From NCBI GenBank assembly GCA_963699155.1, contig OY969414.1:1323757-1387756 (forward strand): a stretch of DNA of 64,000 bases. Reading direction: 5' to 3'. The notes beneath the pieces are model-generated. The model was not told where the DNA came from. It did no database searches and worked only from the letters and a program-made list of their open reading frames with translations. The DNA comes from an uncultured Chlamydiales bacterium. GTDB taxonomy: Bacteria > Chlamydiota > Chlamydiia > Chlamydiales > JAAKFR01. This document shows, piece after piece, positions 27,854 to 37,407 of the stretch (within the stretch, counting starts at the first letter, position 1; each line of letters opens with the position of its first letter). The position numbers and the translations under genes are program-made.

Positions 27854-28598
27854 TTCCAAAGCGGATCACATCTTCTAGGACGCAAATGGAGCGCTTTTCA
27901 GTGAAGCCGGCAAAAAGAGGTGTGGCCACGCTATTGGTTTTGAAGCTTCCGAGATTGACGAAGAGATATTCACCTTTGATAGAAAAGCAGGGAGAGAAGG
28001 CATATTCAGCGCCGAACCCGATCGTCCAGCCATTCAGATTTTTCGAGGCAGTTGCCACTGAGGAGTAGCCATTGGTGGGGCTGAAAATGGTTGACTTGAT
28101 CTTCGCATCACCTGCCGCATAACCAACTGTCAGATACCCGAGCAAGCGGTTGCAGGAGATCCAACCAATACGTGCACGCAGGGTCGCAAGCCAATGATGC
28201 CTCACCCGATCAGTGAAAATATAGGTGTCGACCCCTCCAGGAACCAAAAGAGGTGGAGTGTGCCTATGTCCTTCATTATTGACATAGTTGCCATCTCCCT
28301 CGACACCAAAGAGCCAGCCGCACCACTGGTAGTTATAGCCAATTTGGGCCCCTACAATCCCATTCCATTGGTGGACCCTCGTCTTGCCATTGGCTTGAAT
28401 GAAGCCCTGGAGAATCGGTGAGGTCGTTCCCCAAGCGCCTCGCGGCTTGAGCTCGACCCTGTCGGTCGTCTGGATGATCCCCCCATTGATTCCGGCATAA
28501 AATCCATCCCAGGTCCAATAGCCACGTCCGGGGGCACCATCTAAAGCCAACGAAGCTGCAGCAGCGAGAATGACAAATAAACTTTTGAATGCCGACAT
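27834..28598 (-). CDS. Outer membrane beta-barrel protein (Omp25/Omp31-like)
   Basis: Signal peptide; W.GFYAG, G.QIGYN, TLRARIG, GW..G.G.EY and terminal G.NYRF. Confidence 0.85.
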   Translation of the reverse strand: MSAFKSLFVILAAAASLALDGAPGRGYWTWDGFYAGINGGIIQTTDRVELKPRGAWGTTSPILQGFIQANGKTRVHQWNGIVGAQIGYNYQWCGWLFGVEGDGNYVNNEGHRHTPPLLVPGGVDTYIFTDRVRHHWLATLRARIGWISCNRLLGYLTVGYAAGDAKIKSTIFSPTNGYSSVATASKNLNGWTIGFGAEYAFSPCFSIKGEYLFVNLGSFKTNSVATPLFAGFTEKRSICVLEDVIRFGINYRFL

Positions 28599-28661
28599 AG
28601 ACCACCCAATAAACTTTTGAATGCAAGTCTTTTAACCGAAACTCAATTTTTTAGCAAAAAG

Positions 28662-29933
28662 TTATTTGGCCCGCTCTACTTGTTCTTCGAGCGCATGCAG
28701 AAGCTCTATAAATGATGTGATCTTTAGTTCAAAATCCGAGTGTTGTGAAATTCGAGCCAACGCCTTTTCCGGATTGATGAAAGCTTCTACCTTAATGAAT
28801 TGTTTGTACATTATGTATCTAGATTCTTCATTGGGAGCATGCACAATCATGGCTTCAGCTAAACTTAATGTTGCGGTAGCTTCAGGTAGATCCTCTCTTC
28901 TCGCAACCTCAACTAAAGCAACGAATCTGAAAATAAAATCCTCTGACTTGAGGGCATTCTCTTTTTGCAGAGAGAGGTCAAAAGTAGGGTCATTCCGGAA
29001 AAGAAGCTCTAATGCTTGAGCTCTAATGTAGGGCACATGGAACTCTCTCATTTTGGCCTTATTGAAATCTAATTTTCCAGCAATTTTTACGAAATCCAAC
29101 TTGAAAGGATCCCAGTCCAATTTAGGTATCAACTCTTCTGCTTGTTTTAATAGTTTTTTTGCTCTTTCGGGATGAGTAACAGATATCATCTTGGCTATAT
29201 CTAGAAGGGCTTTAAAGCGATTAGAGAGATCTATGATCGATGGAAAGAGAGTGTCTAGTAATACTTCATTGTTATCTAGTATCGTCAATTCAGCTGCTTG
29301 TTTGACAAATAAATATCTGCAGAAGTCCTGTGGAGATCCACCCATACCTGTAATTGCTACTTCTATCTCGGCTAAAACACTCCTCCTAAGTTCGGGGGAG
29401 AGCTTCCCTTTGACAACATCAAGAAAATCGAGACATTCTCTTGCCCTGGCAGAAGGGCTTATTAGAGACATCACTCGGCTTTTCTCTTTTTCTATAAGCC
29501 ATTCTGTTTCGCTAGAATCGGCTGTTAGGAGGGTCAAAGCAGAAAAATCGGAGTTTTCGTTGTTAGTTCGTCGTTTTTTTGCACTATCGGGATCGTAACG
29601 TACTTCAATGGCTAATAAAGGAAATAAAAATATATCACGCATTTGAGGGCTTTTATTTTTGAGAGTGCTGTGAGCAGCTTGTAATGTTTTTGCAATCAAC
29701 CACCTTTTTCTGACGTCAGGGACCTGGATGACAATATCTCTCCATTCTGTGCAAACTCGCATTGTTCGAGGGAGATAACCTATCGGCAACCAACGAAAAA
29801 TGTGAGCCTTCATATCTGTTTGAGTTGAAACTGGAAAAAATGGACTGGGAAGCTCAGAATCAATAATTGTAGGTTCAGCAGCTAAACCATTGTTATGTGT
29901 GGTTGATTGTAAAAAACTTGGTTGAATTGCCAT
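28662..29933 (-). CDS. F-box-like helical-repeat protein (candidate effector)
   Basis: DMKAHIFRWLP....RTMRVCTEWRDI; C-terminal VEAFINPEKAL motif shared with the 53.9-57.9 kb paralogues. Confidence 0.7.
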   Translation of the reverse strand: MAIQPSFLQSTTHNNGLAAEPTIIDSELPSPFFPVSTQTDMKAHIFRWLPIGYLPRTMRVCTEWRDIVIQVPDVRKRWLIAKTLQAAHSTLKNKSPQMRDIFLFPLLAIEVRYDPDSAKKRRTNNENSDFSALTLLTADSSETEWLIEKEKSRVMSLISPSARARECLDFLDVVKGKLSPELRRSVLAEIEVAITGMGGSPQDFCRYLFVKQAAELTILDNNEVLLDTLFPSIIDLSNRFKALLDIAKMISVTHPERAKKLLKQAEELIPKLDWDPFKLDFVKIAGKLDFNKAKMREFHVPYIRAQALELLFRNDPTFDLSLQKENALKSEDFIFRFVALVEVARREDLPEATATLSLAEAMIVHAPNEESRYIMYKQFIKVEAFINPEKALARISQHSDFELKITSFIELLHALEEQVERAK

Positions 29934-30057
29934 AAATAATACCCTATTTAATTTTAAAATATATTTTAACATAATTGTATTAAGTTTCTATTAAGATTTT
30001 CTTTGCGAATCCAGTTGAGATTTTCTGAAATTTTGAGTTATGATAGATAGGTGAACT

Positions 30058-31383
30058 ATGTTTGGTGCGTTAACTGATAAACTTTCTGGTATTTTTTCGT
30101 CGCTCGGCGGGAAGAAGAAGCTGACTGAGGATAATATCTCTGAAGCTGTCAGGGAGGTCCGGATGGCCCTCCTGGAGGCCGATGTCAACTTTTCGGTGAC
30201 TAAAAATTTTATTAAGAGGGTCAAAGAGAAGGCGCTAGGCGATGGGGTGATCAAATCGGTCACGCCTGGTCAGCAGTTTGTCAAAGTGATCCATGAAGAG
30301 CTGGTCGCCTTGATGGGCGGAGGTGAGGCGGTTTTGCATCTGCAGGCCAAGCCAGCTATCATTATGCTTTGTGGTCTACAGGGGGCTGGAAAGACGACCC
30401 ACGCGGCCAAACTGGCGAAATATTTGGCGAAGAATGAGCACAAAAAGAGGTGCCTTCTGGCTGCCTGCGACCTCCAGAGACCCGCAGCCGTCGAGCAGCT
30501 GAAAACATTAGGTAAGCAGATCGGTGTCGAGGTCTTTTCGATTGAAGGTGAAAAAAATCCTGTCAAGGTAGCCAAAGCGGCGCTCAAAGCAGCCAAAGAG
30601 AATAAATTTGATGTGTTGATTCTCGATACGGCCGGAAGGCTCCATATCGATGAAGCTCTGATGGGGGAGCTGAAAGAGATTAAGGAGGCGGTTCAGCCTC
30701 ACGAGATTCTCTTTGTTGCCAATGCTGCGACGGGCCAAGATGCGGTCACTACAGCAGCCGCCTTCAACGAACGGCTCGAGATGACGGGGACGATCTTGAC
30801 GATGCTCGACGGCGATACCCGCGCAGGAGCGGCCATTTCGATCCATGAGGTGACGGGCAAGCCGCTCAAGTTTGAAGGGATCGGGGAAAAGCTCGACGAC
30901 CTGCAGCTCTTTAATGCACAGTCGATGGCCGATCGGATCCTCGGGATGGGCGATACGATCAATCTGGTCAAAATGGCTCAAGAACATATCAGCGAGGAAG
31001 AGGCTAAAAAGCTCGAAGAGAAGATCCTCAAGGCCAGCTTCACTTACGAAGATTATCTCAAACAGATGCAAATGGTCCGCAAAATGGGCTCGTTCAAGGG
31101 GTTGATGAAAATGATGCCAGGCGCCTCGAAATTGCCCGATTTAGAAAAGTCAGAAAAAGAATTTTTTAAAATAGAAGCGATCATTCTTTCAATGACCAAG
31201 CGCGAGCGCATTGAAAAAGATGAGCTCACAATGGGTCGAATGAAGAGGATTGCTCGGGGCAGTGGAACCACTGTCCAAGATATCAACAAACTCAAAAAGA
31301 GCTTCAAGCACTCAAAGCAATTTTTTAAAAATCCGCCCAGTCGGAAAATGCTGGAAAAATTCATGGACAAGGACTTATTCTAG
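30058..31383 (+). CDS. ffh: Signal recognition particle protein
   Basis: GLQGAGKTT and DTAGR motifs; Met-rich M domain with RIARGSG. Confidence 0.98.
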   Translation: MFGALTDKLSGIFSSLGGKKKLTEDNISEAVREVRMALLEADVNFSVTKNFIKRVKEKALGDGVIKSVTPGQQFVKVIHEELVALMGGGEAVLHLQAKPAIIMLCGLQGAGKTTHAAKLAKYLAKNEHKKRCLLAACDLQRPAAVEQLKTLGKQIGVEVFSIEGEKNPVKVAKAALKAAKENKFDVLILDTAGRLHIDEALMGELKEIKEAVQPHEILFVANAATGQDAVTTAAAFNERLEMTGTILTMLDGDTRAGAAISIHEVTGKPLKFEGIGEKLDDLQLFNAQSMADRILGMGDTINLVKMAQEHISEEEAKKLEEKILKASFTYEDYLKQMQMVRKMGSFKGLMKMMPGASKLPDLEKSEKEFFKIEAIILSMTKRERIEKDELTMGRMKRIARGSGTTVQDINKLKKSFKHSKQFFKNPPSRKMLEKFMDKDLF

Positions 31384-31471
31384 TACCGCTATGCCGCAGC
31401 TCGCAGCTGGTTCGGCCACTTGGGGTGGTGGGACAGCCGCCGCAGTTCGCGGTCCGAAATGAGGAAAATAA

Positions 31472-31810
31472 ATGGCATTGAAAATTCGTTTAAGACAGCA
31501 GGGGAGAAGGAATCAACAGACCTACCGTTTGGTCTTGAGTGATTCGCGTGCTCCTCGCGATGGAAAATATATCGAAAATCTCGGCTGGTATAATCCGCGT
31601 GAGTCGGAGCCTGAAAAGATTTCGAACATTCACGCTGACCGCGTGGAATATTGGTTAAGTCAGGGTGCGATTTTATCGGAACGTGCAGAAGTTCTGGTCA
31701 AAAAGAGCGCTCCTCAAGTTGTGGCTGCGCATCGCCAAAAAAAGATTGAAGCGCGTGCGAGGGCCAACCAAAAGAGAAAGGCGAAGAAAAAGGAGCTGGC
31801 GACAGCCTAG
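31472..31810 (+). CDS. rpsP: 30S ribosomal protein S16
   Basis: KIRL, DSRAPRDGKYIE.LG.YNP and WL..GA motifs. Confidence 0.97.
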   Translation: MALKIRLRQQGRRNQQTYRLVLSDSRAPRDGKYIENLGWYNPRESEPEKISNIHADRVEYWLSQGAILSERAEVLVKKSAPQVVAAHRQKKIEARARANQKRKAKKKELATA

Positions 31811-32497
31811 TTGAATCCCGTGGAGATTGAGATTCTCTCACTCTTTCCCGACTATTTTCTTGGCCCATTTGATGAAAGTATCCTCAAAAGGGCTAGGGAG
31901 AAAGGGTTGCTCAAAATCCGCCATGTGCAAATCCGCGATTTCGCGCTGGACAAGCACCGCAAGGTGGATGACCGCCCTTATGGGGGTGGTCCGGGGATGG
32001 TGATGAAGCCAGAACCGGCTGTCAGCGCAATCAGGCAGGTTCGCAGAGCTGATTCGCATGTGGTTTACCTCTCTCCACAAGGGAGTTTACTCACAGCCGA
32101 CAAATGTCGGGAGCTTAGCCAGAAGAGCCATCTGATACTTCTCTGTGGTCACTACGAAGGCATCGATGAGCGGATCGTGGAGTTGGAGGTTGATGAAGAG
32201 ATCAGCATCGGAAATTATGTTCTCACGAATGGGGCTCTGGCGGCCATTGTGTTGATCGATGCGACGGCGCGATTTATCCCTGGCGTTTTAGGACACCCTG
32301 AGGCAGCGAGCTCAGATTCGTTTGAAGAGGGTTTGTTGGATTTTCCCCACTATACGCGGCCAGAAAATTTCGAAGGAAAAAGGGTCCCAGAAGTACTTCT
32401 GAATGGAAACCACCAAGAGATCGCCACATGGAGAAAGGGGCAGGCGCAAGAGAAGACGGAGCGGAAGCGGCCTGAGCTACTAAAAAGTTACGAATAA
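31811..32497 (+). CDS. trmD: tRNA (guanine-N1)-methyltransferase
   Basis: [24 protein letters not shown] and YTRP motifs. Confidence 0.97.
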   Translation: MNPVEIEILSLFPDYFLGPFDESILKRAREKGLLKIRHVQIRDFALDKHRKVDDRPYGGGPGMVMKPEPAVSAIRQVRRADSHVVYLSPQGSLLTADKCRELSQKSHLILLCGHYEGIDERIVELEVDEEISIGNYVLTNGALAAIVLIDATARFIPGVLGHPEAASSDSFEEGLLDFPHYTRPENFEGKRVPEVLLNGNHQEIATWRKGQAQEKTERKRPELLKSYE

Positions 32498-32518
32498 CAA
32501 TTAAGAAGGAAAATAGCG

Positions 32519-32965
32519 ATGGATGTCATCATTGAAGACTACGATCAAGACCAGATGAAAGCCAATATTCCTCAGTTTGATATTGGCGATACAGTCAAGA
32601 TTTCGACAAAGATTATCGAAGGAGAAAAGGAGCGGGTCCAAGTCTTCCAAGGAACGGTGATCGCCAGAACCGGTCGCGGTTTATCGGAAACGCTCTCTCT
32701 GCATCGCGTCTCTTATGGTGAGGGGATGGAGAGGGTCTTTTATCTCCATAGCCCACGTATCGTCAATATTCAGGTGGTGAAAAAGGGAGCTGTGCGCCGC
32801 TCGAAACTCTACTATCTCCGTGGACGCACAGGTAAGAGCGCGAAAATCCGCGAAAAAATTGGCGGAAAAAAGGCGATTAACACTTCTATTAATTCTGGGA
32901 CCGACACCGAACTAGCAGCGAGCGCAAGTGGCACAACGGACATGGAAAACTCTCCCCAGAAGTGA
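32519..32965 (+). CDS. rplS: 50S ribosomal protein L19
   Basis: GDTV, EGEKERVQVFQG and VRRSKLYYLR motifs. Confidence 0.97.
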   Translation: MDVIIEDYDQDQMKANIPQFDIGDTVKISTKIIEGEKERVQVFQGTVIARTGRGLSETLSLHRVSYGEGMERVFYLHSPRIVNIQVVKKGAVRRSKLYYLRGRTGKSAKIREKIGGKKAINTSINSGTDTELAASASGTTDMENSPQK

Positions 32966-33599
32966 ACGTAAACGCCTCAGGAATTTAGTTGTGCCCGAGT
33001 CGCAAGCCCGCCAAAAAGGCTTCCGATCTGTTGCAGGGGTGGATGAGGCTGGCAGAGGGCCGCTTGCTGGCCCGGTTGTCGCCGCCGCTTGTGTGATAGC
33101 AGAAGGGCTCTTTTTCCCTGGTATCAACGATAGCAAGAAGCTTCCGCCCCACAGACGAAAGCTGCTCTTCGAGCAGATCACCCACCACCCGAAGGTTTTT
33201 TTTGCAGTGGGCTGTGTCGATCACCTGACGATCGATCGGATCAATATCTACCAGGCTTCGCTGCAAGCGATGCGAGAGGCGGTCTATCAGTTGAAGGAAA
33301 GGCCCGACTATCTGCTTGTCGATGGTGTTCATCTGAAGTTGACAGATATAGTCTGTGAACGGATTGTAGGAGGGGATGGGCTCTCGCAAATGATCGCCGC
33401 CGCTTCGATCATTGCCAAAGAGAGTCGGGATCAGATGATGATGGAGTATCATGAAGAGTATCCCCAATACCATTTTAATGAAAATAAGGGATATGGCACA
33501 CCTGCACACCAAGCTGCCCTATCTGAATATGGGCCTTGTCCGATCCATCGGAGAAGCTTTGCACCTGTGTCACAATTAGAGTTATCCTATGGCAGATGA
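32928..33599 (+). CDS. rnhB: Ribonuclease HII
   Basis: GVDEAGRGPLAGPV, DSKKL, AAASIIAK and HRRSF motifs. Confidence 0.97.
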   Translation: MAQRTWKTLPRSERKRLRNLVVPESQARQKGFRSVAGVDEAGRGPLAGPVVAAACVIAEGLFFPGINDSKKLPPHRRKLLFEQITHHPKVFFAVGCVDHLTIDRINIYQASLQAMREAVYQLKERPDYLLVDGVHLKLTDIVCERIVGGDGLSQMIAAASIIAKESRDQMMMEYHEEYPQYHFNENKGYGTPAHQAALSEYGPCPIHRRSFAPVSQLELSYGR

Positions 33600-34500
33600 T
33601 TTTCTCCAAATGAAGAGCATGACGGCCTATGGGCGAGCTGTTGTAGATTTCGAATGGGGGCGCATCACCGTCGATATTCAGAGCGTCAACCGCAGATTTC
33701 TGGAGATGAATGTGAGTCTCCCCAAGCTCTTTTCTCGCTTTGAGATGGAGATACGTAAGACGGTGACGGCGCTCGTCGGCAGAGGGATGGTGAATGTTTC
33801 AGTAGCCTATAAAAGCGAATCAAAACAAGCGCTCACTGTTACACCCAATCTCCCTTTAGCGCATGCACTGAAAGAGGCGTGGGAGAAGCTAGCTAGGGAA
33901 TTGAGACTTAACGATGCACTGCCATTGGCACTCCTGGCTCAAGAACAGGAGCTTTTCATCTACGATGAGGAGATCAAAGAGGAGGCGCTCTTCCAAAAAG
34001 CGCTCTCTGCTGCAGTCGATAGCGCTCTAAAAGCGCTCCTTCAGATGAAACGGGATGAGGGAAAGGTTTTAGAGCAGGATCTCAGGAAGAGAAAAGAGCT
34101 TCTCGAGGAAGAGATAGGAAAGATCGAAGCAGTATCGGAAGGCGCCACCGAGAAATTTCGGCAAAAATTAGTTGCAAGGCTTGAGGAGCTCTTCCCAGCG
34201 AGGGGGGAAAATGAGGAGCGTGTTTTAAGAGAGGTGGCCGTCTTTGCTGAGAAGGTCGACATTACCGAAGAGATTACCCGTTTTAAAAGTCATCTGGCAC
34301 AGCTCGATCAGACGATTGATAAACCGATGGCGCAAACGACGGATAGCCGAGGTAAATTGATCGATTTTCTGCTACAGGAGCTACTCAGAGAGATCAATAC
34401 GATCGGATCGAAGAGTTCCGATTTAACAGTGAGTCAACGGGTTGTGAAAATCAAAAGCGAGCTGGAAAAAATCCGCGAGCAGGTCCAGAATATCGAATAG
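33589..34500 (+). CDS. yicC: YicC/YloC family endoribonuclease
   Basis: SMTAYG, SVNRRFLE, DITEE..R..SH and EKIREQVQNIE motifs. Confidence 0.92.
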   Translation: MADDFLQMKSMTAYGRAVVDFEWGRITVDIQSVNRRFLEMNVSLPKLFSRFEMEIRKTVTALVGRGMVNVSVAYKSESKQALTVTPNLPLAHALKEAWEKLARELRLNDALPLALLAQEQELFIYDEEIKEEALFQKALSAAVDSALKALLQMKRDEGKVLEQDLRKRKELLEEEIGKIEAVSEGATEKFRQKLVARLEELFPARGENEERVLREVAVFAEKVDITEEITRFKSHLAQLDQTIDKPMAQTTDSRGKLIDFLLQELLREINTIGSKSSDLTVSQRVVKIKSELEKIREQVQNIE

Positions 34501-34505
34501 GTCTG

Positions 34506-35099
34506 ATGAGTCAAAAATTATTGGGAAACCAGAAACGAGGACTTCTTTTTGTCATCAGCGCACCTGCTGGGACAGGGAAATCGACTCTTGTCGATATGCT
34601 TCTCGCTGAGTTTCCTGATGCCATCGCAGAGAGCGTCTCCTGCACAACGCGCAAACCGCGACCCGGAGAGATCTCTGAAAGGCATTATGAGTTTCTGTCG
34701 ATTGAAAAATTTGAAGAGAAGATCGCCGCAGAGGACTTTCTGGAATATGCCAAAGTCTTCGGGAATTACTATGGTACCCGTAGAGAAGAGGTCGAGCGTA
34801 TTCTGGCTTCAGGAAAGCATGCGGTACTCGTCATCGACACACATGGGGCTTTAAGGGTGAAACATCTGAGAGATGCGATCCTCATTTTCATCAGCCCTCC
34901 TAGTTTCGAAGAGTTGAGAAACAGGCTCTTTAAAAGACGCACAGAGGATGAGGAAAAGATCCAGGAGAGACTTCTCTGGGCGAAAAAGGAGATCATGATG
35001 GTGGGACACTATGACTACCACATCGTGAACGACCATTTAAACATTACCTACCAACTCCTTCGCAGTATCTTTATTGCAGAGGAACACAAAAGGAGATAA
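34506..35099 (+). CDS. gmk: Guanylate kinase
   Basis: SAPAGTGKST, TTRKPRPGE and YYGT motifs. Confidence 0.97.
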   Translation: MSQKLLGNQKRGLLFVISAPAGTGKSTLVDMLLAEFPDAIAESVSCTTRKPRPGEISERHYEFLSIEKFEEKIAAEDFLEYAKVFGNYYGTRREEVERILASGKHAVLVIDTHGALRVKHLRDAILIFISPPSFEELRNRLFKRRTEDEEKIQERLLWAKKEIMMVGHYDYHIVNDHLNITYQLLRSIFIAEEHKRR

Positions 35100-35103
35100 C
35101 GAC

Positions 35104-35361
<258 letters not shown>

Positions 35362-35364
35362 TCT

Positions 35365-37407
35365 ATGAAAAAAATCCTGATCACCTCTGCACTGCCCTAT
35401 GCCAATGGCCAATTGCATTTTGGCCATATCGCTGGGGCTTATTTGCCTGCTGATGCCTATGCCCGCTTTGAAAGGCTCCGCGGTAACGATGTCCTCTATA
35501 TCTGCGGCTCGGATGAATATGGAGTCGCCATCACTTTGAGTGCCGATTTGGCAAAAAGGAGCCCTCAAGAGCATGTCGACCATTATCATCAGGTGATCAA
35601 ACAGCTCTTCAACAATCTGGCGATTCAGTTCGACCACTATTCGCGTACGACCTGTCGTGAGCACAAACCCTTGGTGCAGCAATTCTTCTCTGATCTCTTA
35701 GCCAATGGTTATGTCGAAGCGCGCAAAACGGAGCAGCTCTATTCCATCGCCGACAACCGCTTCTTAGCGGACCGCTATGTGATGGGCACCTGCCCCCGCT
35801 GTAGCTTCGAGGAGGCGAGGGGAGATGAGTGCCAAAAGTGTGGGGCTGCCTATGAGGCCACCGATTTAAAAAATCCTCGCTCCAAGATCTCAGGAGCCCC
35901 TTTAACCTTGAAAAAGACCACTCACTGGTTTCTGCTGAGTGACAAATTTAAAGATCGGCTGGAGCCCTTTCTGGCATCGAGGCCTTGGAAGTCCAATGTG
36001 ACCCATTTTGCGAAATCCTACATGGATGACCTGCGTCCCCGTTCGATCACGCGCGATCTCGAATGGGGCGTTCCTGTACCTCTTCCTGAGGCGCATGGCA
36101 AGGTCTTTTATGTCTGGTTCGATGCTCCTATCGGCTACATCAGCGCCACCCAAGAATGGGCCAACAAAAGCGGGAAGCCAGAAGCTTGGAAAAATTACTG
36201 GACTGACCCCAAAACCCACTATGTGCAGTTCATGGGAAAGGATAACATTCCTTTCCACGCACTCTTCTTTCCAGCCATGATTTTTGGGCAGAATCAGCCC
36301 TTTAAAATGGTCGACGATCTGGTGGCCAATGAATTTTACAACCTCGAGGGGCGAAAATTTAGCAAGTCAGAAGGCTGGTATATCGATCTTGACGACTTCT
36401 TCAAGCGTTACCATGCAGATCAGATCCGCTACGCCATAGCCTCAAATGCTCCTGAAACAGGTGATTCCGAATTTACCTGGAAAGATTTCCAAAACCGCAA
36501 CAATAGCGATCTCGTCGGCAAATTTGGCAATCTAGCCAACCGCGTGCTTGTCTTTGTCCAAAATCAATGTGGAGGGCGCATTCCGGCCTTTCATAGTTTC
36601 GATGAGGAAGACCATCGCTTTCTGAATGAGATCAGCCGCCTGACAAAAGAGATCGAAGAGGCCTATGCCTCTTATCGCTTGCGTCGAGCCAGTCAGCTAG
36701 TGATGGAGTTAGCGCAAACGGGCAACGTCTATTTTGATAAAAAGGCGCCCTGGAAAGATGCCAAAGAGAGCCAGACACGTCCCCAGATGGAGACCACGAT
36801 TTCTCTATGCCTCTACTGCTTAAAGGCGCTCGCCTGCACCTCTTTCCCTATCATTCCTGATGCCACTGCGAAACTCTGGCAACTGCTCGGCTTTTCGGGG
36901 GTGCTTTCAGAAGCACGCTGGGACAAGATCTTAGATGTTTATCTCGAACCTGGCAGACAGCTGCCCAAACCTTTTATTCTATTCCAAAAAATCGAGGACG
37001 ATGTGATCGATCAAGAGATTGCCAAATTGCAAGAAAGACACCAAGTGGCCACTCAGAAACAGCTGCCGCCATTCCCCGCAGTGAAAGAGAGCATCACCAT
37101 CGATGACTTTAGCAAGATCGATCTGCGAGTGGGGCTAGTCCTCAAGGCTGAGAAGCTGCCCAAAAGCAAAAAGCTGCTCAAACTCGAGGTTGATATCGGC
37201 GTCGAAAAACGGACCGTTCTCTCGGGCATCAGCCTCCACTATACTCCCGAACAGCTAGTCGGTAAAAAGGTGATCGTGGTGGCCAACCTGAAGCCAGCGA
37301 CGATCATGGGTGTAGAAAGTTATGGCATGGTCTTAGCCGGGAGCATCGACAGCAGCCTCGAGCTGGTGACTCTCCAAGATCTGCCTGCCGGAGCGATCGT
37401 TTCTTAG
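35365..37407 (+). CDS. metG: Methionine-tRNA ligase
   Basis: ALPYANG.LHFGH, Zn knuckle, KFSKS and a C-terminal tRNA-binding OB fold. Confidence 0.98.
   Translation: MKKILITSALPYANGQLHFGHIAGAYLPADAYARFERLRGNDVLYICGSDEYGVAITLSADLAKRSPQEHVDHYHQVIKQLFNNLAIQFDHYSRTTCREHKPLVQQFFSDLLANGYVEARKTEQLYSIADNRFLADRYVMGTCPRCSFEEARGDECQKCGAAYEATDLKNPRSKISGAPLTLKKTTHWFLLSDKFKDRLEPFLASRPWKSNVTHFAKSYMDDLRPRSITRDLEWGVPVPLPEAHGKVFYVWFDAPIGYISATQEWANKSGKPEAWKNYWTDPKTHYVQFMGKDNIPFHALFFPAMIFGQNQPFKMVDDLVANEFYNLEGRKFSKSEGWYIDLDDFFKRYHADQIRYAIASNAPETGDSEFTWKDFQNRNNSDLVGKFGNLANRVLVFVQNQCGGRIPAFHSFDEEDHRFLNEISRLTKEIEEAYASYRLRRASQLVMELAQTGNVYFDKKAPWKDAKESQTRPQMETTISLCLYCLKALACTSFPIIPDATAKLWQLLGFSGVLSEARWDKILDVYLEPGRQLPKPFILFQKIEDDVIDQEIAKLQERHQVATQKQLPPFPAVKESITIDDFSKIDLRVGLVLKAEKLPKSKKLLKLEVDIGVEKRTVLSGISLHYTPEQLVGKKVIVVANLKPATIMGVESYGMVLAGSIDSSLELVTLQDLPAGAIVS

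Noticed and set aside
31384..31470. SRP RNA (ffs) next to ffh
   Set aside because: I found no SRP domain IV GGAA-tetraloop/CAGG-AGCA motif.
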